In this document: piece by piece, positions 10,075 through 18,977 of the stretch
How the letters are laid out: every line of letters starts with the position of its first letter
Position numbering within the stretch: position 1 is the stretch's first letter
Assembly (NCBI GenBank): GCA_029261575.1
Contig: JAJDBD010000085.1
Span: forward strand, 388-64,387
Origin: Nitrospinaceae bacterium
Lineage (GTDB): Bacteria; Nitrospinota; Nitrospinia; Nitrospinales; JACRGP01
Reading direction: 5' to 3'
DNA: 64,000 nucleotides
Position numbers and translations under genes: made by a program
The notes under the pieces: generated by a model
Seen by the model: only the letters and a program-made list of their open reading frames with translations
Databases searched by the model: none
Told to the model about the DNA's origin: nothing

Positions 10075-12323
10075 GCGTCGGAGGATTTGGAGCTGGAAAT
10101 GATGGGGATAACGAGGGAATCGCCCGTGGTGAGCGAACTCATGTCTTTTTCCGGATTGTAATTACTCAACAGCCAAAAGGGAATGAAATACTTTTCGTTG
10201 CAGATTTCCCAAAGAGTTTCGCCTTTCACAACGTTCCGAACCAGGGTTTTATTCACGACATAATTATTGAAAAAATCTTCCTGAACCGCCCGATGAAACT
10301 CCTGCCTTTTTCGAACGAAATAATTTGCCCTTCGGTTTGTTAAGCGAACCTTGATTTTTTGATGCAGGTGAATTGATTTCTTGCCCGGCAAATTATTTAT
10401 TCTGCGTAATTCCTTTACGCTCAACCGGGACCACTCGGCATAGTGGCTCAGGGTTTCATCAAAATCCACCTCGATGATCCCAATGCGTTTATCCGCTCCT
10501 CCTCCGGCGGCAAAGGAAACCGGTAAAAAGGCGGGACGGTTCGTATTCATTTTATTCCTAAGCGCTGGTATGTTTGCGACCGCTTTAACGGTTTCCGGCT
10601 CGATTATTTTTTTGGGTTCGGGCGCTTCGTGTTTTTTGATAACCAGGCGCTTTTTGGATTTTGCCGCCGTCTTTGCCGGTAGCCCGACTACTTTAACCGC
10701 CTGGGCCACTACGATGGATTTGGGTATTTTTAGGCTTTGCCCCGGGTGGAGCGTATTGGGATCTGAAATTTTATTTGCCCGCGCCAGCGTGGCGGGCGTG
10801 GTGCCAAATTTTTGAGCGATCAGCGACAGGTTGTCGTATTTGCGAACCTTATATATCGCGTCCTTGGTTCGTAATTTTGCTGTCCTCGTTTCAGGTTGCA
10901 AACGGACGGGAGCCTTCTTGTCCCCCCAGTTTGGAAGGCGTAATACCTGTCCCTTATAAATCCGATTATGGCGATCAATAGTATTGACGCGTTTTAATTT
11001 GGAGACGGAAGTGCGAAAACGTTTGGCGATTCCCGACAGGGTATCGCCGCGACGAATGGTGTACCATTTGGACCGCACCTGGCCGCCATGCTTCTGGGTA
11101 CCGGGGATTCTTTTGTAATTGTACGCCAGGTTGGAGAATTTTTCGGAAGGCGCCTTGAATACGAAACCGGGCGGTATCCGTTTACTTCCATTAAGAACGG
11201 GAGACCGCAACGCGGGATTGAATTCGGCAATTTCCTTGCGAGTCATATTGAAATATTTTTTGGCGGTGTTGACGTGGATATAATCTTGAAATTCTACAGA
11301 CACGAAAGGTTGGGGCTTGTCGAACTGTAAACCCGGGAAATACTTTTTATGGTTTTCGACAACATCCAGCGCCGCCAGAAATTCCGCATAAAAATTCTTG
11401 GAGGCGAACCCAAAGGAACGCTTCCTGAAAAACTGGACGATACGGACGATATTATCGCCGTACAACCGTTTGGCCCTTTTCATTCCATTCAACCCGTGGT
11501 TGTAGGCTGTAATGGCCAAGGGCCAACTGTGTAGGGTCTTATAATTATGGGCCAACAATTTCGCGGCGCCGTGGGTGGCAAGAATGGGATCGCTTCGCTC
11601 ATCGACCTCGTAGCCCACGTTCATAAACAACCGACCCGTCCCTCGGGTGAACTGCCAGATACCGCTGGCTCCCGCGCTGGAATAGGCGTTCAATTGAAAA
11701 GAGGACTCTACATGCGGCAGGACGGTAAGCTCCTGCGGCAATCCATATTGCCTGAAAATTCTTTTGATTTCGGACATGTACCTTCCGGACCGGACCAAAC
11801 CTCCGCGGAACCTGTCCTTTTGCCCGATTTGGGAGCGAATATTTCTGGAGGCGGTGTAATATTTCCCCCTAACCAATCGGGAAATTCTTTTTTCTATAGA
11901 CGTTAATTTGCCCGCTCCTTTTTTCCTGCCCAACCTTTTCAGAACCGATTGGTACTTGGCCTTAATCCTCTTAAGAATTCTTTCGTTTTTTGAGTATGAA
12001 TTGTTGGGATCGAGGTCGACCACTTCATAAACGATACCAAGATCGTTCATGTCGTGAATCACGGCCTGATTCGTCGTGTATTTGGCGTAAACATTCTTCC
12101 AGAAGTCCACCTGGGTTTTTAAGCCCCTGGGAACTTCAAAGGAATATTTTTTATAGGATTGCTTCTTGGGGGCCAGTTTGGCCTGGGCGGCGGAAAATGA
12201 CAGCCCCAAAAACAGGAAAGCGATGAGGAGGCAAAAAATATAGCGGGCTTGGCGCAAAGGCTTCTGTCCTTCCAACATTGAGAACAACCCGATGGTCGCT
12301 GGTGAATTGAGTTGGCCGGGCAA
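10071..12323 (-). CDS. lytic transglycosylase with multiple LysM domains (MltD-like); start uncertain
   Basis: VESSFQ..AYSSAGASGIWQF, AYNHG; LysM repeats YTIRRGDTLSGIA, YKVRKYDNLSLIA, VVKGETLWEI. Confidence 0.9.
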   Translation of the reverse strand: MPGQLNSPATIGLFSMLEGQKPLRQARYIFCLLIAFLFLGLSFSAAQAKLAPKKQSYKKYSFEVPRGLKTQVDFWKNVYAKYTTNQAVIHDMNDLGIVYEVVDLDPNNSYSKNERILKRIKAKYQSVLKRLGRKKGAGKLTSIEKRISRLVRGKYYTASRNIRSQIGQKDRFRGGLVRSGRYMSEIKRIFRQYGLPQELTVLPHVESSFQLNAYSSAGASGIWQFTRGTGRLFMNVGYEVDERSDPILATHGAAKLLAHNYKTLHSWPLAITAYNHGLNGMKRAKRLYGDNIVRIVQFFRKRSFGFASKNFYAEFLAALDVVENHKKYFPGLQFDKPQPFVSVEFQDYIHVNTAKKYFNMTRKEIAEFNPALRSPVLNGSKRIPPGFVFKAPSEKFSNLAYNYKRIPGTQKHGGQVRSKWYTIRRGDTLSGIAKRFRTSVSKLKRVNTIDRHNRIYKGQVLRLPNWGDKKAPVRLQPETRTAKLRTKDAIYKVRKYDNLSLIAQKFGTTPATLARANKISDPNTLHPGQSLKIPKSIVVAQAVKVVGLPAKTAAKSKKRLVIKKHEAPEPKKIIEPETVKAVANIPALRNKMNTNRPAFLPVSFAAGGGADKRIGIIEVDFDETLSHYAEWSRLSVKELRRINNLPGKKSIHLHQKIKVRLTNRRANYFVRKRQEFHRAVQEDFFNNYVVNKTLVRNVVKGETLWEICNEKYFIPFWLLSNYNPEKDMSSLTTGDSLVIPIISSSKSSDA

Positions 12324-12475
12324 AACATAAATACGCCGGCAGGAAGCGCATGGTTCTTGACCCTAGCGATTAAAAATACGCTAACATCTTGTTTTTGAAA
12401 ACGATACCAAACACAGCGCCTGTAGTCAAGCTCAAACCCGGCGACTAATGGAAATAGTGCAAATAAATCAATTAT

Positions 12476-12775
12476 TTAACGCTTTGGAGCGTTTCTGGAG
12501 GGGTATTTCTGGTTGATCTGATAAACGAAGGCCAAAAGCTCCGCCACAATGGTATAAACGGAAGACGGGACCTCCTCGTTTATATCCACCTGGGACAAAA
12601 CCTGGACCAGATCCGGGTCCTCTTTTATGGGAATATTATGCTCGCGCGCCAGGGCGATGATTTTGTCCGCCTGCCAACCTTCCCCCTTCGCCGTCACCTT
12701 GGGCGCCTGGTCTTTGAAGGAATTGTACTTTAAAGAAACCGCGCGTTTCTTATTGGATTCCGTTTCCTTGTTCAT
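12476..12775 (-). CDS. FlhB C-terminal-like (EscU/YscU/HrcU family) small protein
   Basis: AVSLKY...APKVTAKGEG..ADKIIALAREHNIPI..VAELLAFVY; start at the ATGA overlap with the upstream stop. Confidence 0.88.
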   Translation of the reverse strand: MNKETESNKKRAVSLKYNSFKDQAPKVTAKGEGWQADKIIALAREHNIPIKEDPDLVQVLSQVDINEEVPSSVYTIVAELLAFVYQINQKYPSRNAPKR

Positions 12776-14469
12776 GTTTTGATATCCACAAGGGAGGTGT
12801 GACTGTCTATCATCAACCGGGCGAGTGGATCCTCGATTTCCATCTCGTCCTTTTTCCGTTCGCAACAGGTCGCCTCCGTTTCAAAACCCAACGCCTCTAA
12901 ATTGGTTTTCAGGAGGGGGAGATGTTTGTTGATGAACGAAACGCTCTCTCCATTTTCAGCGGAAATATTCACGGACAATTTTTTCTCGCTGATTTTAGCG
13001 TCCATCCGCAAAGCGCCCAGAGCGGTGAAATCCAAAAGAAACACCAGGGAATATTCTCCCGCCTTTTTTTCTCCGCGAGAACCCTTGCCCCCCTCCTCCG
13101 GTTTGAAAAAAAGTTTTAAAGTTTTATCCTCGGCAAAGGGAACGCCGGAAATTTGCAATAAAACAGGCTGATTTTCCTGACGAGAAAGATGATTGGACAA
13201 TTGGTTCAGCTCGATATTTTCGATAGCGGACAGCGCCTGCCGGATGACGCCCTGCGCCGGATTATCCGATGAAGAGCCTGGGTTTTGATTGATTTGCCCA
13301 CCGCCTTCCTGCAAATTCCGGCTCAACCGGATCAATTGCCCCTTTAAATCCGCTCCCAAAATCCGCAGGGTAGAAATTGAAGGCGGAGATTGGCCGTCTT
13401 TGACAGCGTTGCGAACTTTACCCTCATAGTTTATTCCCGATAAATCGACGCGATTTTGAATGATTTTCGCATTGGCCGGTTCGGTTTTGTTCTTCCCCAG
13501 TAGGGACTCCAAAGTTTTTTGCAGACTCTTGACCAGTTCCTGATCAAGTTTTATCAAAGGCGCATTCTTTGCGGTTGGATTTTTAAAAACGGGATCCTGA
13601 TGCAGAGTCTCCTGAAGCTTTCCCGCCATTTCGCCAAAAGTCTGTTTGGCGGGCACATAGGATTTTAAATTTTCCGTCAGCAATGTCGGACCTTTTGAGG
13701 TCGATAACCGGCTCTCAATTTTAAATCCGCCGGGGACTTTCTCGGCTTTCAGCGTCACCGGATCGCCCGCCTTATAATTCGCAACCGGGTTGGAAAGTTT
13801 AACGACCACCCTGCCCCCATCCAGTTTCACGGTGACTCTTCCCTCGGTTTGGATTTTAACAATCTTACCGGACGCCTCTTGTCCCTCCCGCAAATCAAGC
13901 GATTTCAATTGGCCGCTCGTTATGACGTCGCGCTTCAAACTTAAATTTTTGGAGATAACCGCACGGTCCGGATTGAGCGCTCCTTGAACGACTGGAATCC
14001 GCGATGGAACGGCGGGGGTTTTTGCCGCCGGGGAATCGGAAGAAATTTTTTGGGCGCTTCGAAGGACTGGATTTGGAATTTTAAAATCAGTTTGATGAAA
14101 CGGTTTGCGGTCAGCGAGGATCGTCTCTTCCTTGCTTGAGGGACGAAAAACGGGTCTCCCCGGCGCCGCTTTGGTCGCCGTCTCTTCGCTTTTCGAATAG
14201 GAGGTCAGTTTGAAAACCGGGTTGGGAGAAAGTTTCTCCACCTGGACCTTTAGCTTTTGCCCTTCCTTTAATTGCCCGTCATGCTGAACGAGAAGTTTAC
14301 TCCCCTCAAAATCCACCAGAGTCCTTCCATTAGGAAGCGACTGCAGAACCAGGCCGTCCAGAATCTGGCCTAATTTTAGAAATGAGGACAGATTGGGGTT
14401 TTGAGGGATTTCTCCGTTGGGATTCAGAACGTTCAGGAGATTGACGGTCGAATAAATCACCTCAAACAA
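12772..14469 (-). CDS. FliK-like flagellar hook-length control protein
   Basis: C-terminal LLDFTALGALRMDA..LSVNISAE..LKTNLEALGF T3S4 pattern; ends LVDIKT; adjacent to FlhB-like gene. Confidence 0.7.
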   Translation of the reverse strand: MFEVIYSTVNLLNVLNPNGEIPQNPNLSSFLKLGQILDGLVLQSLPNGRTLVDFEGSKLLVQHDGQLKEGQKLKVQVEKLSPNPVFKLTSYSKSEETATKAAPGRPVFRPSSKEETILADRKPFHQTDFKIPNPVLRSAQKISSDSPAAKTPAVPSRIPVVQGALNPDRAVISKNLSLKRDVITSGQLKSLDLREGQEASGKIVKIQTEGRVTVKLDGGRVVVKLSNPVANYKAGDPVTLKAEKVPGGFKIESRLSTSKGPTLLTENLKSYVPAKQTFGEMAGKLQETLHQDPVFKNPTAKNAPLIKLDQELVKSLQKTLESLLGKNKTEPANAKIIQNRVDLSGINYEGKVRNAVKDGQSPPSISTLRILGADLKGQLIRLSRNLQEGGGQINQNPGSSSDNPAQGVIRQALSAIENIELNQLSNHLSRQENQPVLLQISGVPFAEDKTLKLFFKPEEGGKGSRGEKKAGEYSLVFLLDFTALGALRMDAKISEKKLSVNISAENGESVSFINKHLPLLKTNLEALGFETEATCCERKKDEMEIEDPLARLMIDSHTSLVDIKT

Positions 14470-14493
14470 CCCTCCAGAGGAAAAGTTTCATTC

Positions 14494-14826
14494 TCAAGCC
14501 AACAGGTCGATTTGTTTGCCTTGATCGGTTTCGGCCAGAAGCGCCGACCCGGATAAAGCGGCGTCGGAATCCGGCTTTTGCTTGCGCTCCATTTTGCGTC
14601 GCAGGCGGCCTTGCCGATTCTTTCCTTCGGGGTTGGATTCTTCCGAGGGGTTCGCTTCTTCGGAATCCTGGACTTCTTCTCGCTTCATTTCAGCAAGCGA
14701 GAATTGTTCGTCGCTCAATTGTTGAGCGGTGGTGGCGGGCAATTGCTGGGCGGTTTGCTGAATTTTTTCCACCGCCGTCCCCATTTGCAGAACCTGCTGG
14801 GTATTGACCGGTTGGATTGTCGGCAT
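14494..14826 (-). CDS. hypothetical protein, flagellar-cluster associated
   Basis: 110 aa ORF with GGAGG RBS; ends GKQIDLLA like small flagellar-locus proteins. Confidence 0.7.
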   Translation of the reverse strand: MPTIQPVNTQQVLQMGTAVEKIQQTAQQLPATTAQQLSDEQFSLAEMKREEVQDSEEANPSEESNPEGKNRQGRLRRKMERKQKPDSDAALSGSALLAETDQGKQIDLLA

Positions 14827-14904
14827 TTGAAGCCTCCAAAATTCTAATAGCTTATAAAAATAGAATACTCTCCATCTCGAAAAACGCCAGTATTTTCACC
14901 TAAA

Positions 14905-15552
14905 TCACTTGACCACAAATTCGGTAAAATAAACGTCCGTGATGGTTCCCGTTCCGCTAAAAAGTAGGGCATTGGTGGAAGCGATGATTTCTCGCTTCAA
15001 ACGCTCCTCCATTCTAAATCGGTCCTTTTCATAGAACTCCGGTGTTTTCCTCAACAACAGGGTGTAAATATTTTTCCGGATAAAATGCAAATTCTTGGCG
15101 ATTTCACCGCTCAGTTTTTTGTTGCTCAATTGAAGGTTTGGCGCAATGGTAACAAACCGTCCGGTTTCTTCTCCCTCGTCGCGAACCGGCAACAAAAAGG
15201 GTTTCAGCTTAAAGGTGTGCTCCTTTAATTCGTCTCCGCTCTTTTCGTCTTTTTCCTCGTCTTCTTTTGGTTCTTCTTCGATCAGGGCGTCGACTTCCGG
15301 CGTCGATGGTTTCGCTTTAAACACCAGAAAATAATAAGCGGCTCCGCCCGCAGATAAAATAAAAAACAGAAACCCGGTCACCGCCAACGCTTTTATCTTT
15401 AGGGAAAGCCCTGAAACAACGCCTTTGAACCCGGTCGGTTCCTCCTCTTCGACCTCGATTTCATCCGGATCGCCCTCGAGTAATTTTTCGAGTTCTTCCG
15501 CGTCGGTAAACTCGTCGTCCAGTTCAGCGTCAAGGTTCTTGTCTTCTGCCAT
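14905..15552 (-). CDS. fliL: FliL-like flagellar basal body-associated protein
   Basis: acidic N-terminus, single TM helix, C-terminal ITDVYFTEFVVK. Confidence 0.75.
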   Translation of the reverse strand: MAEDKNLDAELDDEFTDAEELEKLLEGDPDEIEVEEEEPTGFKGVVSGLSLKIKALAVTGFLFFILSAGGAAYYFLVFKAKPSTPEVDALIEEEPKEDEEKDEKSGDELKEHTFKLKPFLLPVRDEGEETGRFVTIAPNLQLSNKKLSGEIAKNLHFIRKNIYTLLLRKTPEFYEKDRFRMEERLKREIIASTNALLFSGTGTITDVYFTEFVVK

Positions 15553-15557
15553 TTACT

Positions 15558-16175
15558 TTACGGCCCTTTGGCAATGGATTCGAGCTTCTGAAAAATGTCC
15601 TTCACCTGAGAACGCAAATGCTCCAGCGCGCCATTATTGTTAATTATATAGTCGGCTTTTTCGATCTTTTCCTTAAGGGGCATTTGCTTGGCGATGCGCC
15701 GGGAGATTTCTTCGCGGGACCAGCGGTTTTTTCCCGCCAACCGTTCTATCTGGGTCTTTTCGTCGCTGGCGACAACGACCACCCTGTCCATTTTTTCATG
15801 ATTGCCGGATTCTATAAGCATAGGCGCGTCGACGATCAAAATGGCCCGCGGATTTTTATTTTTCAATTCCTCAAAACGCTTTGTTTCTTCCGCGAAAACT
15901 TTAGGATGTAAAATACCCTCCAGGGTTTTCTTTTTCCGGTCGTCGCTAAAAACCATCGCCCCCAACTTCCCCCGATTCAGAGTTTGATCGGGATTGAGAA
16001 TGTCCTCGCCAAAATTCTGGACGATTTCCTTCCAGGCCGGCAGGTTCGGCTGAACCAAATCCCGGCAAATCTGATCGGCTTCCAACACCTCGGCGCCCAG
16101 CTCCTTAAAAAAATTTCCCGCCGCGGTTTTCCCCGATCCCATGCTTCCGGTGAGTCCCACAATCAGAGCAGGCAT
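15558..16175 (-). CDS. coaE: dephospho-CoA kinase
   Basis: VGLTGSMGSGKT, LEGILHPKV, DAPMLIE, ADYIINN. Confidence 0.95.
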   Translation of the reverse strand: MPALIVGLTGSMGSGKTAAGNFFKELGAEVLEADQICRDLVQPNLPAWKEIVQNFGEDILNPDQTLNRGKLGAMVFSDDRKKKTLEGILHPKVFAEETKRFEELKNKNPRAILIVDAPMLIESGNHEKMDRVVVVASDEKTQIERLAGKNRWSREEISRRIAKQMPLKEKIEKADYIINNNGALEHLRSQVKDIFQKLESIAKGP

Positions 16176-16184
16176 TTCATGTCC

Positions 16185-17096
16185 TCATTGGGACCGGCCC
16201 TGCGCCGGTTGCATTCCATATTTTTCGTCCAAAAGTTGATCGTACAAGCGCATGAACCGCGCCGTGATGGGTCCCGGTTTTCCATTGCCTATGGGCTTGC
16301 CGTCCAAACGGGTCGCGGGCATGATCTTTTTTACCGTGCCGGTCACAAAAGCTTCCTCTGCATGGGTAAGTTCTTCCGGAGGCCAATGCCCCTCCTCCAA
16401 TGGAATTCCATTTTCCAACGCCAATTGAATGGCGACGTCGCGCGTGATGCCCGACAGGATTCCGCAATCCAGCGATGGCGTGAACAATTTGCCTTCATTG
16501 ACAAAGAAAAAATTGCTGGTGGTGCCCTCGGTCAGGACTCCCTCGGCGTTGAGCATCAGAGCGTCCTGCGCCCCCAGCCGATTGGCTTCCATTTTCGCCA
16601 AAATATTATTGAGGTAATTTCCGGTTTTAATGCCGGGGTTGAGAGACTCGCGCGCGTTTCTCTTGACGGAAACCAGGGCCAGGTCTATGCCCTTTTCGTA
16701 ATAATTATGGGGATATACTTTTGCGGGAGCGGCGATGATTATGATGTTGGGCCGGTCGCAGGAACCGGGATCGATATCGATTTCCCCCACGCCCCGGGTG
16801 ACAATGATTCTAATATAGGTTTCTTCAAAATTCGCGGATTGAACGGTACGGCTAATCTGTTCGACAAACCATTCGTCTTCGCTTGGGATCTCCAATGAAA
16901 TCCCGGCGGCGGAATTTCTCAACCGTGCCAGGTGGGCTTCCAGAAAACACAGTTTGTTGCCGTGCGTGGCCACCACTTCATACACGCTGTCTCCGAACAA
17001 GAAACCGTGGTCCAAAACCGATATAAAGGCCTCGTCCTGAATCGAGCCGTTAAAATTTATTTTCAGATCCATGGGATTGAGTCTGGATGAAATCAA
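16185..17096 (-). CDS. class IV PLP aminotransferase (BCAT/D-amino-acid aminotransferase/PabC family)
   Basis: DHGFLFGDSVYE, IKTGNYL (PLP Lys), EGTTSNFF, LSGITR. Confidence 0.9.
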   Translation of the reverse strand: MISSRLNPMDLKINFNGSIQDEAFISVLDHGFLFGDSVYEVVATHGNKLCFLEAHLARLRNSAAGISLEIPSEDEWFVEQISRTVQSANFEETYIRIIVTRGVGEIDIDPGSCDRPNIIIIAAPAKVYPHNYYEKGIDLALVSVKRNARESLNPGIKTGNYLNNILAKMEANRLGAQDALMLNAEGVLTEGTTSNFFFVNEGKLFTPSLDCGILSGITRDVAIQLALENGIPLEEGHWPPEELTHAEEAFVTGTVKKIMPATRLDGKPIGNGKPGPITARFMRLYDQLLDEKYGMQPAQGRSQ

Positions 17097-17773
17097 TTTT
17101 CCTGAATGGATTCAAATATCTTTTCCAATTGTTTTTTGTCTTCCTTGGAAAACTCTTCTCCGGCCGGCGCTTTGGTCTTGGCCTCTCCGCTCTTTGGAAG
17201 GTCGATTTTTCCGGCAAGATCTTTCAGGTTTTTGAGGTCCAGGTCCTTGAGTTTTTCGCCGATCCCATCCAATGGGATCTTCGGCAATTTTTTCAGGAGC
17301 TGTTTCGGAGAACCCATCCCGTTTCTCATAGCGGTGGAAATCTCTTCCAGCGGCGGCGCCACCACAGAGTCTTTAACCACTTTTTGGTATAGGTCGGGAA
17401 AAAGTTCCAGGGGAACTAAAAAAACGATGATCAAAAATGCCGCTTTCACCACCCCGGCGCCAGCCCCCAATACGCGATCTATCGCGGAAAGCGTGTCGGC
17501 GGACCGGACCAGCTTCTTGAACGTCATGCCTGTCAGCGAAACGGCGACTCCCCCCGCAAGGAACATTATGACGTAACCCATCGCCTTTGCGGCCGCAGGA
17601 TTGCTGAGAACCTTGCTCATCAGGTCGGTTCCAAGCGGACTGAACTTGACGGCGACAATGTATCCAACAATGAAAAACAGGAGAGAAAAGACCTCCTTGA
17701 CCATTCCGCGGAAAAATGAATAAATCGCGCTGATGCTTATTAATATTACGGCAATAACGTCGAACGTTGTCAT
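17093..17773 (-). CDS. cvpA: CvpA family membrane protein
   Basis: FDVIAV..RGMVKEVFSL; DRVLGAGAGVVKA; about 4 TM helices. Confidence 0.88.
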   Translation of the reverse strand: MTTFDVIAVILISISAIYSFFRGMVKEVFSLLFFIVGYIVAVKFSPLGTDLMSKVLSNPAAAKAMGYVIMFLAGGVAVSLTGMTFKKLVRSADTLSAIDRVLGAGAGVVKAAFLIIVFLVPLELFPDLYQKVVKDSVVAPPLEEISTAMRNGMGSPKQLLKKLPKIPLDGIGEKLKDLDLKNLKDLAGKIDLPKSGEAKTKAPAGEEFSKEDKKQLEKIFESIQEN

Positions 17774-17821
17774 TTGGAAAACCCGGGCGTTAAATTACAA
17801 AATGGGAACCAGTATATCATT

Positions 17822-17842
17822 CCACGCAAGCGCCTGGAGGTA
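17822..17842 (-). repeat. partial copy of the dispersed intergenic hairpin repeat
   Basis: reverse complement TACCTCCAGGCGCTTGCGTGG matches 58485-58505 at 19/21. Confidence 0.7.
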
Positions 17843-17890
17843 ATTAAAAATGAAACTACAAATACTGCGTCTAGGATACTCGGGAATTTC

Positions 17891-18385
17891 TCAGGAACGT
17901 TTTGGGGATTTTCCGCTCAATTCGACGATGTAATCGGGTTGGTTGTTTTGAATGGTTGGGGAGGCGGTATTTTGATGAACGCTTGAAACGGGCTTGTCTG
18001 GGGCGGAAGTTTCTTCTTTAATCGCCCCGGAATTGAAATAAACGGAGTCTCCCGGTTTGAACGTCGCTCCGGTATTTTCGTTCTTATCAAACGCGACGAC
18101 CACAATTTCTTTCTCTTCTAAAGACTGATCCGGTTTTCTTCTTTCTCCCAGTCGCCTTTGGATTTTTATTTCAACTTGTGACGCCAGGGGGGCGCGTCGG
18201 CTAAACCTGCGACGGTTTCCAACGCTAAGGATCACGCCCCGCTCTCTTTTGCCAAGCGCTTTCTTAAACGAACCTTCATCTTTTTGATGGACGGGGACCG
18301 ATAGAGAAGCGGAACCTGGCGCCTGGAGGGACGATTTTGAAAACTTCCAGAATTTGTCGTTTCTTTCAATATCCGATATCAGCAT
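17891..18385 (-). CDS. hypothetical protein with Arg-rich motifs
   Basis: 164 aa ORF filling the gap in a minus-strand run; NRRRFSRR and ERRK motifs. Confidence 0.55.
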   Translation of the reverse strand: MLISDIERNDKFWKFSKSSLQAPGSASLSVPVHQKDEGSFKKALGKRERGVILSVGNRRRFSRRAPLASQVEIKIQRRLGERRKPDQSLEEKEIVVVAFDKNENTGATFKPGDSVYFNSGAIKEETSAPDKPVSSVHQNTASPTIQNNQPDYIVELSGKSPKRS

Positions 18386-18447
18386 GATTTATAAATCCTT
18401 TGGCATATACATTAATATCGGCGTCTGGCGAACAAATATCCAGTGTT

Positions 18448-18969
18448 TCAGGGTGTAAATTCGGATTTTTTCAAGAATTCTCTAAAAATCACCTTAAATG
18501 AAGAGGTGAAAATATCGGGCCGACGGGTTTTGGTTTCCATGATTTCCGCAATGGACCAGAAGCGTCCTTCGCTGATTTCTTCTGGATGGCAAACAGGGGT
18601 TTTGTCCGTTCGACTGGTAAAAACAGAAACATGCTCCATATGGGTTTCAGGCCCGGCGCTCACCTTGAATAAAAACTCCAGTTCGCCGGAAATCCCCAAC
18701 TCTTCCAGCATCTCCCTATGAGCGCAAGTTATATAGTCCTCCCCGGCGTCCACATGCCCCGAAACGGAACTGTCCCATAAGCCGGGATTTTCGTCTTTAG
18801 ATTCGGAACGTTTTTGGAGGAATAATTCATTTTTTGAGTTGAGGACGAAAATGTGAACCGAGCGATGAAACCAGGATTTTTCATGAACCTCGCGTCGGGT
18901 GGCCTTGCCGATCACCTGGTCATTTTCGTCCACGAGGTCGAAAATTTCTTCGTCGGGTTTTTGGGGCAT
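18448..18969 (-). CDS. Nudix hydrolase (IPP isomerase type 1/YfcD-like)
   Basis: HRSVHIFV, LQKRS..K..PGLWD, GHVDAGE..AHREMLEELGI Nudix box. Confidence 0.88.
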   Translation of the reverse strand: MPQKPDEEIFDLVDENDQVIGKATRREVHEKSWFHRSVHIFVLNSKNELFLQKRSESKDENPGLWDSSVSGHVDAGEDYITCAHREMLEELGISGELEFLFKVSAGPETHMEHVSVFTSRTDKTPVCHPEEISEGRFWSIAEIMETKTRRPDIFTSSFKVIFREFLKKSEFTP

Positions 18970-18977
18970 GAAAATTT

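Noticed and set aside
18415-18441. Sigma28 promoter (GCCGATAT, minus strand) and PilZ-like RxxxR motifs for the 17891-18385 gene
   Set aside because: The -35 matches only 4/8 and no DxSxxG PilZ motif is present.
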